A program made the translations under genes and the position numbers. Below, in pieces: positions 9,522-18,555 of a stretch of 45,333 nt of DNA (positions are counted from its first letter, which is position 1; the number at the start of each line of letters is the position of its first letter). Source of the stretch: Candidatus Woesearchaeota archaeon (GTDB taxonomy: Archaea; Nanobdellota; Nanobdellia; Woesearchaeales; 21-14-0-10-32-9); NCBI GenBank assembly GCA_007117755.1, contig SKFY01000014.1:1-45333 (forward strand). The letters are read 5' to 3'. The notes under the pieces are model-generated. The model worked only from the letters and a program-made list of their open reading frames with translations. It had not been told where the DNA came from and searched no databases.

Positions 9522-9748
9522 AAAAATCTGTTAAGATAATATTACTCATATTTATCATACTAATAGTTGTTTTGCTTACAGTAAGAATTGGAACTAATTT
9601 AATCTATACATACAAATACGAATCTTGTATGAAACACGAACCAAGTCCTATTTATGATAATGAAACAAGTACTTGGATAAATAGTTGTCCCGATGGTTGT
9701 AAGTTAGGTAGTTGTTTTGGTGTAAGAACTGCTTGTTGCCCTGAATAA
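9518..9748 (+). CDS. small membrane-anchored six-cysteine protein; possible orphan paralog of the pilin-like knob proteins at 35.4-35.9 kb
   Basis: MKKSVKIILLIFIILIVVLL is followed by a C...C...C...C...CC pattern ending in ACCPE. See the finding on the six-Cys domain. Confidence 0.45.
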   Translation: MKKSVKIILLIFIILIVVLLTVRIGTNLIYTYKYESCMKHEPSPIYDNETSTWINSCPDGCKLGSCFGVRTACCPE

Positions 9749-9756
9749 AATATTAA

Positions 9757-10506
9757 TTAGCAATATTTTATATCTAAAAAACCATCCATTTCCCTAACTA
9801 AATCTTTGGTTCTTTGTATTAAAGAATCTCTTCTAGAATCATAATCTTCTATAATTAAATCAGAAGCTTCCTCACCAGTTACTTTATCAACTAGATTTAT
9901 TCTATTAAGAGTTACTGGTTCATAAACCCTGTGGAATTTATCGTTCCTTAGAGGAATATGAAAGGTTAAATAACTGTCTCCGTTTAAAAAATAAATTTCG
10001 GAATTAGAAACTAATCTACCCTTGTCTAAATTAACGGTTAAATTTTCTTCATCAATTAATTGTCTTTTCTTGTTTAAAAATTCATAGAAAGAAGATCTTT
10101 GATTGATAATAGAGTTTTGATAAACAAGGCCTGTTTTAAAAAAAGAATCTAATTGAGTGAGAGGAAGTGTTCTTATAGAAAAAGAATCTGATACTGGTAG
10201 AGGAAAACTAAACTGGTTTAATAAAAGTTGATTTTTAAAAATGTCTGAGCCGAATAAAACAATACCATCTGGTTGATTAAGATTTCTGATTAAATATTTT
10301 ATTTTAAGTGAGTAATCTCCTTCTTCTTCAGTATGTATTGTTCTTTTTACTTTGAAAGGTTTTTCCTTTCTAAACTTGTTTTTTGCTTCTAGGAGTTTTG
10401 TGCGCTCTTTATTACTGAGATTTCTATCTAATAATTCATCAGGGAAATAACCATGTCTGTGTGATTCTCTAATCGCTTTTATGGTTTCTTCAAGTCTCTC
10501 TTCCAT
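9757..10506 (-). CDS. hypothetical protein
   Basis: 249-aa ORF with no overlapping competitor. I recognise no motif. Confidence 0.45.
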   Translation of the reverse strand: MEERLEETIKAIRESHRHGYFPDELLDRNLSNKERTKLLEAKNKFRKEKPFKVKRTIHTEEEGDYSLKIKYLIRNLNQPDGIVLFGSDIFKNQLLLNQFSFPLPVSDSFSIRTLPLTQLDSFFKTGLVYQNSIINQRSSFYEFLNKKRQLIDEENLTVNLDKGRLVSNSEIYFLNGDSYLTFHIPLRNDKFHRVYEPVTLNRINLVDKVTGEEASDLIIEDYDSRRDSLIQRTKDLVREMDGFLDIKYC

Positions 10507-10533
10507 TTTAAAAAAAAAGTAATATGAATAAAA

Positions 10534-10797
10534 GCGTGCCGAGAGATGGACTTAACCTTGCACGCGTGGATTAACCCTTACCATTCCTACTTCCTGCAAC
10601 CCCTCAAACGCCACTAGTCTAGCTTATGGCTGCTCCATTCCTGGCCTGACCAGATTCACAAGCCTAGCGACCAAGAGGGACAGGATATCAACAGTTTGGT
10701 AAAGACCAGCTATGCAAAGCAAGCCTCTCCCTCGGCTTCGTCCCCCACGTAAAGCCGGTTTTGGGTTACAAGGCACGGCTAACGCCCCGGACTAGCA
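10534..10797 (-). ncRNA. signal recognition particle RNA (7S RNA)
   Basis: This is a GC-rich island in AT-rich DNA. The minus strand reads ...CUGGUCAGGCCAGGAAUGGAGCAGCCAUAAGC..., the conserved SRP helix-8 motif (compare the 4.5S/7S consensus GGUCAGGUCCGGAAGGAAGCAGCC). The 5' GCUAGUCCGGGGCG...GUAACC is Alu-domain-like. The ends can pair (GCGU...GCC with GGCACGC). A TATA lies ~27 nt upstream and an oligo-T follows the 3' end. The ends are accurate to about 5 nt. Confidence 0.85.
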
Positions 10798-10817
10798 ATT
10801 ATTTGGTAGTGTATTTG

Positions 10818-10828
10818 TTTTTATAAAA
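10818..10828 (-). promoter_or_regulatory. TATA box for the SRP RNA
   Basis: The minus strand reads ttttataaaaa, centred ~27 nt upstream of the predicted RNA 5' end (10797). Confidence 0.55.
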
Positions 10829-10830
10829 TT

Positions 10831-11253
10831 TTAGTCTTTTTTGTCTGCTGGTTCGTATATTAAAAAGTCGACTGGTAAATTTTGATAAAATAAGTCTAAT
10901 TGTTCGTTGGGAACAATATTTTTTTTTCTTATTAAGTATAGTTTTGAGTTTTCTTCTCCTCTGTCGTGTAATCTGTGGTGTTTTGTAGATTCTTTTTTAA
11001 GATCGACTACGACATATTTATCTTTTAATTTTTTGAGTGAGTTTTCTAATCCTATTCTTGCTGGCCAGTCAGGTGTTTGTTGGCCTGAAATTCTTATTAG
11101 TCTTGTTTCTATGTTTTCTTTTCCGTTATAATTTCCTAATACGGCGGCTGCTCCTGTTAATTCTGTTTCGTAGTTTGCGGATTCTAAAGCTTCGGTTATT
11201 TCGTAGAATGCTTTGGCTTGTTCATCTTTTAGGTATTTGTGTTTTCTTGACAT
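10831..11253 (-). CDS. hypothetical protein
   Basis: 140-aa ORF with no recognised motif. Antisense ORFs 10907-11131 and 11037-11282 are low-complexity shadows. Confidence 0.45.
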   Translation of the reverse strand: MSRKHKYLKDEQAKAFYEITEALESANYETELTGAAAVLGNYNGKENIETRLIRISGQQTPDWPARIGLENSLKKLKDKYVVVDLKKESTKHHRLHDRGEENSKLYLIRKKNIVPNEQLDLFYQNLPVDFLIYEPADKKD

Positions 11254-11392
11254 GTTTTTTGTTAAGTGAATATGATATATAAAACTTTCCCTTGAGTTAC
11301 TACTATTTAGTTGTTATTAATTATTTTCAATATGGACAATAAATATTTTTTAAAGTAATTATTTAAATAAAAAGAAAACATACTATGATGAA

Positions 11393-12298
11393 ATGAGCAT
11401 AGAAATAACCTTCTTAGGAACGAGTAGCATGGTACCTACTAAAGATAGGAATGTGCAAAGCATCCACCTATCATACGAAGGAGAAGGAATTTTATTCGAT
11501 TGTGGGGAAGGCACTCAAAGACAAATGAATATAGCAGGAATAAATCGATTAAAAGTTAAAAAAATATTCATAAGTCACTGGCACGGAGATCACGTATCAG
11601 GCCTTATAGGCTTAATACAAACAATAGGCAATACAGATTATCCAGACACTTTAGAAATATACGGACCAGAAGGAACAAAAGGATATATGAAAAACATACT
11701 GAATAGTTGTATTTTTGATTTGCGTATAAATTTAGAAGTTAAAGAATTTAATATAAAAAATAAAAAGAAAGTTTATGAAGGTAAAAAATATTATGTGGAA
11801 GCAATTCCTCTGGAGCATGGAGTTCCTTGTGTTGGATATGCTTTTGTTGAAAAAGATAAAAGAAGAGTGGATATGAATTCTTTAAAAAAATACGGATTAA
11901 AAACAGGTCCGTTGATAGGGAAGTTACAGAAAGGAATGGATGTGGAGTTTAAATCTAATAAAATAAGTTTTAAAGACGTTACACACTTAGAAAAAGGTAA
12001 AAAAATAACAATTATAATGGACACCAAATACACGAGTAATTGCGAAGTATTAGCTAAAGACGCGGACTTACTAATATCAGAAGCGACGTATAGTAGTGAA
12101 AGAAAAGATAAGGCTGAAGAATATAACCATATGACTGCAGAGCAAGCAGCTTTTGTGGCGAATAACGCAGGTGTTAAAGAATTAATATTAACTCATTTTA
12201 GTCAAAGGTATAAAGTTCTTAATGAATTGAAAGAGGAAGCTGAAGAGATTTTTCCTAATGTCAAGTTAGCTTTTGATTTCATGAAAATAAAAATGTGA
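11393..12298 (+). CDS. rnz: ribonuclease Z (tRNA 3' endonuclease, metallo-beta-lactamase fold)
   Basis: ITFLGTSSMVPTKDRNVQS...LFDCGEGTQRQM...SHWHGDHVSGL contains the HxHxDH motif. The ~300-aa length is typical of short-form RNase Z. Confidence 0.85.
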   Translation: MSIEITFLGTSSMVPTKDRNVQSIHLSYEGEGILFDCGEGTQRQMNIAGINRLKVKKIFISHWHGDHVSGLIGLIQTIGNTDYPDTLEIYGPEGTKGYMKNILNSCIFDLRINLEVKEFNIKNKKKVYEGKKYYVEAIPLEHGVPCVGYAFVEKDKRRVDMNSLKKYGLKTGPLIGKLQKGMDVEFKSNKISFKDVTHLEKGKKITIIMDTKYTSNCEVLAKDADLLISEATYSSERKDKAEEYNHMTAEQAAFVANNAGVKELILTHFSQRYKVLNELKEEAEEIFPNVKLAFDFMKIKM

Positions 12299-12406
12299 CT
12301 ACTTCCGAGTAGTTTGAAAAGGGTAAGTTTTATATAAGATTAAAAAATATACAAAAAAATAAACGAAACGTATAAAAAACATTAACTTTTCACAACCAAC
12401 TTTACA

Positions 12407-12826
12407 ATGAATCCATTAGAAGAAACAACAATAAAATTAGTAGCAGAAGGCGAAGTAGAAAACGGAAGAATAGTTCTAAATCCCAACGGAAAAAAAACAA
12501 TAATAAGATTAAACGGAGCATCAAACATAAAGAGAAAAATAGATCCTTATTTAAGAGAAAACATAATCAACTATTTAGAAACAAACTGGTTAAAATACGT
12601 AATAGAACAAGAAAGCATAAACATAAATAAGATATACAGAGGAAAAGATACCGTAATAAGAAACGCAACAGAAAGAGAACTAATATGGTTCTCAAAAAAC
12701 GAAGAAGCAATAAAAAAACCAGATTTTTTAGATTCTAGAGACTCACAAAGAATACTAAGAACAAACTACGTAAAAAATAACGAAACAACAAGAAATAGCA
12801 TAGAAGAATACCTACATAGATTCTAA
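12407..12826 (+). CDS. hypothetical protein
   Basis: 139-aa ORF. Its 3' end overlaps the convergent htpX 3' end by 15 nt. Confidence 0.4.
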   Translation: MNPLEETTIKLVAEGEVENGRIVLNPNGKKTIIRLNGASNIKRKIDPYLRENIINYLETNWLKYVIEQESININKIYRGKDTVIRNATERELIWFSKNEEAIKKPDFLDSRDSQRILRTNYVKNNETTRNSIEEYLHRF

Positions 12827-13702
12827 TCTTCTAATCCTCTCCTCAGTAGGAGGATGAGTACTGAACAATTTCTCCAACCACTTCTTTTTCCTTTTAGGCC
12901 TAGATATAAATAAATGACTATTACCCGCATCAGCAACTTCTAAAGGATTCGTATCCCCACTTAGCTTCCTAAGAGCATTAGCCAAGCCACCAGGATTCCT
13001 AGTGAGAACCGCCGCTGTGGCATCAGCAGCATACTCTCTTTTCCTACTTAAAGTCATCTTAATAGCTTCACCAATAAAAGGAGTTAAAATAGCTAAAACT
13101 ATACCACCTATTAAAAAAAACAAAGTAGCCCTACCATCCCTACCACCACGAGGATTAAATATAGCAATCCTTATTAACATATGACTAAGACTGGCCAAGA
13201 TACCCACTAATATAGCAGCTAAAAGCATAGTCCTAATATCATAATTCTTTATATGAGCAATCTCATGAGCAACCACCCCTTCTAATTCTTCACGATTTAA
13301 CTTATCTAATAAGCCCGTAGTTACCACGACCACCCCTTCTTCAGGACCCTTACCAGTAGCAAAAGCATTCATAGATTTACTTTCAATAACATAACCTTCA
13401 GGAGTCGGAATACCCGCAGCCAAGGACAACCCCTCCAAAGAATGAAACAAATGAGGATATTCTCTTTTAGTGACTTTTTTAGCACCAGTCAACCTCAAAA
13501 GCATATTCCTACCACTACTATACGCGATTAAAGCATAAATGAAACCTATAAAGAAAGTGAATATCATACCAAACGCTAAACTACCCATGTATAATCCTAA
13601 AAAGGCTCCCAACAACAAAACTAATGAAAAAAATATGAGAAATAAAAAAAAAGTTCTTATGTTGTTCTTCCGCACCTCGTCAAAATGAACTAGTTTAGAC
13701 AT
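12812..13702 (-). CDS. htpX: HtpX-type M48 membrane zinc protease
   Basis: N-terminal TM helices, HEIAHIKNYD (HExxH), a later REYAADA motif and further TM segments. Confidence 0.85.
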   Translation of the reverse strand: MSKLVHFDEVRKNNIRTFFLFLIFFSLVLLLGAFLGLYMGSLAFGMIFTFFIGFIYALIAYSSGRNMLLRLTGAKKVTKREYPHLFHSLEGLSLAAGIPTPEGYVIESKSMNAFATGKGPEEGVVVVTTGLLDKLNREELEGVVAHEIAHIKNYDIRTMLLAAILVGILASLSHMLIRIAIFNPRGGRDGRATLFFLIGGIVLAILTPFIGEAIKMTLSRKREYAADATAAVLTRNPGGLANALRKLSGDTNPLEVADAGNSHLFISRPKRKKKWLEKLFSTHPPTEERIRRLESM

Positions 13703-13714
13703 TTTACACCAGCA

Positions 13715-14260
13715 CTAAAATTTGACTTTAACGTTCTTCTTTTCAGATTCAGCCACTTCAAACATTTGCTTTTTCCCAAAATTAAATAATGAAGCAAATA
13801 AGTTCGCAGGGAAACTCTGAATCTTCGTATTAAAACGCATAACCATATCATTATAATGCTGTCTGGAGTAAGCAAGTTTGTTTTCAGTACCGCTTAACTC
13901 TTCCTGTAACTGCAAAAAATTCTGATTAGCTTTTAAATCAGGATAATTTTCAGCAACAGCAAATAAACTTTTCAAAGTATTAGTTAATTCACCACTAGCC
14001 TCTGCCTTTTTAGCAGGAGATTTAGCATTCATAACACTAGTCCTTGCTTTAGTAACTTCTGCTAAAGTTTCTCTTTCATGCTTAACATAACCTTTAACAG
14101 TTTCAATAAGATTAGGAATTAAATCATTCCTTCTCTTTAGTTGTACATCAATCTGTGCCCAAGCATTCTCAACTTGATTTTTTAAACGTATAAAGCTATT
14201 GTATAACCAAATAATAAAGATTACAACAAAAGCAATTATACCCCATAATAACCAATCCAT
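13715..14260 (-). CDS. lemA: LemA family protein
   Basis: N-terminal TM helix plus [34 protein letters not shown], the classical LemA signature. Confidence 0.85.
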   Translation of the reverse strand: MDWLLWGIIAFVVIFIIWLYNSFIRLKNQVENAWAQIDVQLKRRNDLIPNLIETVKGYVKHERETLAEVTKARTSVMNAKSPAKKAEASGELTNTLKSLFAVAENYPDLKANQNFLQLQEELSGTENKLAYSRQHYNDMVMRFNTKIQSFPANLFASLFNFGKKQMFEVAESEKKNVKVKF

Positions 14261-14309
14261 TTTCTTTAAAAACCTCCTTAATTATAAAAAATAATAATCA
14301 TTAATTTTT

Positions 14310-14519
14310 TTATTTTGAAGCTAATTTTATATCATCAGCTTTAACTGTTTTTCTACCAGCATGACTAGCATACTTAACAGCCCTTTGACCAACGTGTTCC
14401 GCATGATCTTCTAAAGCTTGTTTTAAAGCCCTCTTAGCCTCTTCAGCCACTCTGTGAGCACCAGCCCTTTTTAATAAACGCTCCATAGCAGCCAGAGGAA
14501 TTCCTTTTTGATTAACCAT
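14310..14519 (-). CDS. archaeal histone (HMf family)
   Basis: 69 aa. IPLAAMERLLKRAGAHRVAEEAKRAL...HAGRKTVKADDIKLA is a histone-fold match to HMfA/B. An AGGAGG lies ~10 nt upstream of the ATG. Confidence 0.9.
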   Translation of the reverse strand: MVNQKGIPLAAMERLLKRAGAHRVAEEAKRALKQALEDHAEHVGQRAVKYASHAGRKTVKADDIKLASK

Positions 14520-14572
14520 GATAACTCAATCCTCCTATAACTAATAGTTAATAATAACTAATATAAAAAAGC

Positions 14573-14580
14573 TTTTATAA
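14573..14580 (+). promoter_or_regulatory. TATA box for hjc, in the divergent histone/hjc intergenic region
   Basis: ttttataa is centred ~30 nt upstream of ATG 14607. A second minus-strand element, ttttttatatta (14559-14570), faces the histone gene. Confidence 0.45.
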
Positions 14581-14606
14581 TTAACGAATATTACAACATA
14601 GTTAAT

Positions 14607-14996
14607 ATGTCAAGAAAAAGCAGAGGAATAGCCGGGGAACGAGATTTAATACACAAATTCTGGGGAGTAGGCTGGGCCTGTGTGAGAGTAGCAGGAAGCG
14701 GTAGTAGCCAATTTCCAAGCCCTGATATAATAGCAAGTAATAATCTCAGAAAATTCGTAATAGAAACAAAGATAACGAGAGATAATAAGAAATATTTTTC
14801 TTCAAAAGAAATAAGGAGTTTGAAATTTTTCGCGGAGAAATTCGGTGCTGAACCCTGGTTAAGCATTAAGTTTTTCCAAACACCTTGGCTTTTTATTAGT
14901 ACAGAAGACCTTAGGGAAACAAGTAATAATTTCGTAATAAGTAAAGAAGAAGCACTTACAAAAGGATTGACTTTTGAAGAATTTACTAAGGATTAA
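14607..14996 (+). CDS. hjc: Holliday junction resolvase Hjc
   Basis: RGIAGERDLIHKFWGVGWACVRVAGSG...PDIIASN...FVIETK carries the archaeal Hjc E...D...E-x-K nuclease motifs. Length is 129 aa. Confidence 0.85.
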   Translation: MSRKSRGIAGERDLIHKFWGVGWACVRVAGSGSSQFPSPDIIASNNLRKFVIETKITRDNKKYFSSKEIRSLKFFAEKFGAEPWLSIKFFQTPWLFISTEDLRETSNNFVISKEEALTKGLTFEEFTKD

Positions 14997-15604
14997 AAAA
15001 ATTTTACTTCAGAAGGCTTGAAAACATAAGTGTTTTTGTCATCAAAATAACCACACATAAATTTTTTTAAAGGTATGCCTGTTCTTTTACTAAGCATAAA
15101 TGCATAAAAATAAACTTGTGTATCCGCATACTTTTCCCTATGAGCATTAGGTTTATAATCCCAAATCCATACTAATCCATTTTCTATACGAACTATATCT
15201 ATATGACCTGATAAAGATTTTTCAGTACCGAATAAATCTTTATAATTTTCATACTCTTCAGCTTCTAACCATATAGGTATTTCAATAGCCACAGTATTCT
15301 GATCATAAGCAAGCATGAACATCTGAACGTTTAAATGATTATCACCGTAATAATCACTATCTAAGCCTATCCTAGCTAAATACTTAACTTCATGATCTAA
15401 AGATTTTTTATCAACTCCTAAATCGAATTTTAAAACACTGCTTCTTGGTCCTTCAACAAAATGTTCAGTAGGACAATTTTTTAAAACTAAAGATATGTAA
15501 TTCCAAAGATTAGAAAAACCGTTTTTGCAATGATTGGCTAATTTCTTTTTATGAACCCTAAAATAGTATTGGCCACCATGATTTAAAGAAACACCTGTTA
15601 TCAT
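14993..15604 (-). CDS. PD-(D/E)XK nuclease superfamily protein (RecB/Cas4-like core without a Cys cluster)
   Basis: GHIDIVRIENGLVWIWDYKPN supplies the D ... D-x-K motif, and TQVYFYAFML supplies the QxxxY motif. Confidence 0.5.
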   Translation of the reverse strand: MITGVSLNHGGQYYFRVHKKKLANHCKNGFSNLWNYISLVLKNCPTEHFVEGPRSSVLKFDLGVDKKSLDHEVKYLARIGLDSDYYGDNHLNVQMFMLAYDQNTVAIEIPIWLEAEEYENYKDLFGTEKSLSGHIDIVRIENGLVWIWDYKPNAHREKYADTQVYFYAFMLSKRTGIPLKKFMCGYFDDKNTYVFKPSEVKFF

Positions 15605-15664
15605 AATAAAAAAAAATAATAAACAACTAATATAAAAAAATAACTAAAAAAAAAGAAAGATTGT

Positions 15665-15934
15665 TTATTTTTTCTTTTTCTTAGCTTTAGAAGCCGGTTT
15701 TTTCTTAGCTTTAGAAGCAGGCTTCTTTGTAGACTTAGAAGATAATAGTCTAGCAATATTTCTTTCTTCTTCCTGTATCTGATCTTCTTTTCTTAGAACT
15801 TCATAAACTAAAGATTCGATATGAGTATCTATCCTAGCTATCCTTCTTTCCAATAATACTAAAACTCTTAAACTATATACAATAGCAGCTAAAGTACCTA
15901 ATACAACTCCTAATATTACAGCATCAACGCCCAT
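15665..15934 (-). CDS. small membrane protein with a Lys-rich tandem-repeat tail
   Basis: 89 aa with an N-terminal TM helix, a coiled segment and the tail KKPASKAKKKPASKAKKKKK. GAGGTG lies upstream of the ATG. Confidence 0.5.
   Translation of the reverse strand: MGVDAVILGVVLGTLAAIVYSLRVLVLLERRIARIDTHIESLVYEVLRKEDQIQEEERNIARLLSSKSTKKPASKAKKKPASKAKKKKK
15676..15723 (-). repeat. two copies of a 24-nt tandem repeat (coding; KKPASKAK x2)
   Basis: ttttcttagctttagaagc occurs at 15676-15694 and again at 15700-18, inside the CDS. Confidence 0.8.
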
Positions 15935-16082
15935 TTTATTATTACACCTCTGAAATTTTTATAAATAAAATACTAATAACAGTATATAAAGTTTTTGGAA
16001 AAATGGTTTAATTAACAAAAGCTTTAAATACTCAATAAGTATTTATGGAATGTAGTAAAAATATTATTAAGGGTGGTTTATA

Positions 16083-16352
16083 ATGTTAAAGATGAAAAAA
16101 GTTACAGAAACTTACGATATGAGGGTTTTTACGGACACGGGAGATTACTTCGGGGATATTGAAGAAGTAATTGTTACGAATACCAAGATTTTTGGTTGGA
16201 AAGTAAGAGCTACAAAAAATAGTTTTTTAAATAAAGTTTTGGGAAGTGCTAAAGGAGTTATAGTGCCGCACCAATTAGTGAAAAGTATAGGTGACATCAT
16301 GCTTATAAGTAAGAGTGCTGTTCCTAGCTATAATCCTGAAGACGAAGAATAA
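16083..16352 (+). CDS. PRC-barrel domain protein
   Basis: 89 aa. The pattern V.D..G...G.I.D.... (MRVFTDTGDYFGDIEEVIV...GVIVPHQLVKSIGDIMLI) is typical of archaeal PRC-barrel proteins. Confidence 0.55.
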   Translation: MLKMKKVTETYDMRVFTDTGDYFGDIEEVIVTNTKIFGWKVRATKNSFLNKVLGSAKGVIVPHQLVKSIGDIMLISKSAVPSYNPEDEE

Positions 16353-16368
16353 GAAAAAATTCTTTTTT

Positions 16369-16803
16369 TTATTTTTTTAAATTTATTATATCTCCTAAGG
16401 TTAAAGGACCATCGTTTTTTGTTTTGAAGTTTTCTTTTTCAAAATCCTTTTTTTCTATTAGGCTTATACCTAATTCTTTATTTAATTTTTTAGCAACAAT
16501 AAAATTAGGCTCTTGACTCTTACTCTCAAATTTTTTTATTTGACTAACTTTTTCACCTATCTTAACAGCTAGTTCTTCCTGAGAAAGACCTTTTTTTTGC
16601 CTGGCAATCCTTATTAATTCATCATAATTACTAACTAAAAAATCGTTATCCTCCTCGACAATTTTAGGCGAAGCCTTTTTTTTAAGCTTAGGCTTATGAA
16701 CTATTTTACCAAATCCAGCACAAGCTCTACAAGCATTAACCAATGTTCCTTCAACTAAAGCATTAACTAACTCAGTTTCTTCCCCACATAATTCGCATTG
16801 CAT
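16369..16803 (-). CDS. multiprotein bridging factor 1 (MBF1), zinc-ribbon plus XRE-type HTH
   Basis: N-terminal CELCG...CRAC zinc ribbon and C-terminal HTH (KKGLSQEELAVKIGEKVSQIKKFESK). This is the archaeal MBF1 architecture. Confidence 0.8.
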   Translation of the reverse strand: MQCELCGEETELVNALVEGTLVNACRACAGFGKIVHKPKLKKKASPKIVEEDNDFLVSNYDELIRIARQKKGLSQEELAVKIGEKVSQIKKFESKSQEPNFIVAKKLNKELGISLIEKKDFEKENFKTKNDGPLTLGDIINLKK

Positions 16804-16805
16804 AA

Positions 16806-17150
16806 TTACAACCTCCTAAGTTTTAAAAAATAATACTCTACTTCTCCTTGCAAAACCTTTTTTTTGTCAATTATTTCGAAACCTGTTAAAGTTTTTTCTA
16901 TAAAAACAGGCTTTTTAGTTATGAGAGTTAAACCCTCATCATTAGTTAATAATAAACTACTCTGCTTTAATAATACATTGTTTAATTCAATAGCTCTTTT
17001 TTCAGCAAGTTTTTTACTAGGCTCTATCGGCAAAGTAACTATACTATTTATTTTTTCGTGTTTTATATCTAAATAAGATAATTCACACCTCGCGAAATCT
17101 ATGAATTTATCAACACCAGCTATTTTAGCATTTTTTTTCTGAGCAGCCAA
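16806..17150 (-). CDS. C-terminal half of a THUMP-type methyltransferase, in frame with the upstream ORF and with a degenerate catalytic motif
   Basis: It shares the reading frame of 17256-17831 and is separated from it by TAA TAA (17253-17258). NAKIAGVDKFIDFARCEL...INSIVTLPIEP aligns to the region that normally reads ...D.IVTNPPYG, but NPPY is replaced by TLPI. The only start available is TTG. Confidence 0.35.
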   Translation of the reverse strand: MAAQKKNAKIAGVDKFIDFARCELSYLDIKHEKINSIVTLPIEPSKKLAEKRAIELNNVLLKQSSLLLTNDEGLTLITKKPVFIEKTLTGFEIIDKKKVLQGEVEYYFLKLRRL

Positions 17151-17255
17151 GTTCTTAAATTTAGGATCATAACTATGTATATCTTTAATTTTTATTTTTT
17201 TCTCATCAATTTTATTTAATATGTTTTCATGAGGTTTAAAATTTTTTAATTTTTA

Positions 17256-17831
17256 TTAATCAAAATTTTTATTATAATAATTAACACTTGTTTTGCTTTC
17301 TTTTAAAGCCATTTCTATAGCGATAGTTCCTGACAATCCTAAAGGATCTAAAAAAGGAGTTTTAGCATTTGCAAAATATAAAGCAGCAGCGGCTAAACTG
17401 CCTTTTATATTGTTAGGATGATTAAAAACGCGATATTGTCTTTTACTAAGATCTCTACCCGCTAAATCAAGACCAGCGACGAATTTATCATCTCTTATTA
17501 TCACCCTAAAATCAAGCTCTCCTTTTTCTTTTTTATTTTCTAAACTTGCTTGAATATCAACACTTCTAAAATGATGCAATCCTTTACGATCACACCTTAT
17601 CCTATTACAAGGTATTAACTTAATTTTTTTTAATAAATCATCAAAATCCTTGAATTTTCCACTGCTTGTTTTTAACAAAACCCTTGAAGCTAACTGAGAA
17701 GTATAAACAAAATTTACTAATTCAGCTTCAGAAAAATCTATTTCTCCATAGAAATCATTAATTACGAATTTATCATTCTCTATTTTTAATAAATCCTCAC
17801 AGCCAGGATCAGTCACTACAGCGATTTTCAT
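17256..17831 (-). CDS. THUMP-domain protein / N-terminal half of a Trm14/RlmL-like (UPF0020) methyltransferase
   Basis: N-terminal THUMP-like region, then SLAAAALYFANAKTPFLDPLGLSGTIAIEMAL (SAM motif I, compare DPMCGSGT). The ORF ends 20 aa later at tandem stops. Its ATG overlaps the minD-like stop (ATGA). Confidence 0.6.
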   Translation of the reverse strand: MKIAVVTDPGCEDLLKIENDKFVINDFYGEIDFSEAELVNFVYTSQLASRVLLKTSSGKFKDFDDLLKKIKLIPCNRIRCDRKGLHHFRSVDIQASLENKKEKGELDFRVIIRDDKFVAGLDLAGRDLSKRQYRVFNHPNNIKGSLAAAALYFANAKTPFLDPLGLSGTIAIEMALKESKTSVNYYNKNFD

Positions 17832-18541
17832 AATACTCTACCCGTGAGTATACTAGCTAGTTTTTCATACTCTTTAGAAGCTTTTCTTTTAGGATAAAGA
17901 TGAATATAAGGTTTTTTATGATGTACACTATGCATGAATCTTTTATCCTCAGGTATAACACCTATAACTGGTAAACCAATTAATTTTTCAACTTCTTCCT
18001 TAGACATATTATAAAACTTGGATTTGTGCTTAGTTAATAAAACCCCAATAACTGTTTTTTTCTTTTTAGCAGCGAAATTCTTAACTCTTTTAGCACTTAA
18101 AACACTTGGTAAGTCAGGATTAGTAACTATTATGATTTCATCACTCAAATTTATGAGGCCTTCAGTTTCTCTTCCTAAACCAGGACTTCCATCTATTAAA
18201 ACATAATCAGTGTGTAAATGTAAATCTTGTAATACTTTATAGAGCTTTTCAAAATCAACTGTTTTCATAGCACTAATAGATAAATCAGCAGGTATTATTT
18301 TTATGCCAACTTCGTGGTGATGTATTGCTTTAACAACGTCATGAAAATTTTGTAAAACATCATGAATAGTAACGGGATGATAAATATCACCAAGATGAAC
18401 AGATAAATTAGGACTGCTTAAGTTACCATCCAATAATACTATATCCCCTCCTTTTTTAGACATAGCCAAAGCTAGATTTATACTCGTAGTAGTTTTACCT
18501 ACACCCCCTTTTCCGCTTAGTACTGCTATGAACTTAGCCAT
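17828..18541 (-). CDS. MinD/ParA-family P-loop ATPase
   Basis: Deviant Walker A LSGKGGVGKTTTSINLA; 237 aa; Walker B-like YVLIDGSPG. Confidence 0.8.
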   Translation of the reverse strand: MAKFIAVLSGKGGVGKTTTSINLALAMSKKGGDIVLLDGNLSSPNLSVHLGDIYHPVTIHDVLQNFHDVVKAIHHHEVGIKIIPADLSISAMKTVDFEKLYKVLQDLHLHTDYVLIDGSPGLGRETEGLINLSDEIIIVTNPDLPSVLSAKRVKNFAAKKKKTVIGVLLTKHKSKFYNMSKEEVEKLIGLPVIGVIPEDKRFMHSVHHKKPYIHLYPKRKASKEYEKLASILTGRVL

Positions 18542-18555
18542 TTTGTATTACTTAT

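Noticed and set aside
15676-15723. Short tandem repeat checked as a possible CRISPR or other non-coding array
   Set aside because: There are only two copies with no spacers, and it lies inside a CDS, where it encodes a duplicated KKPASKAK peptide.
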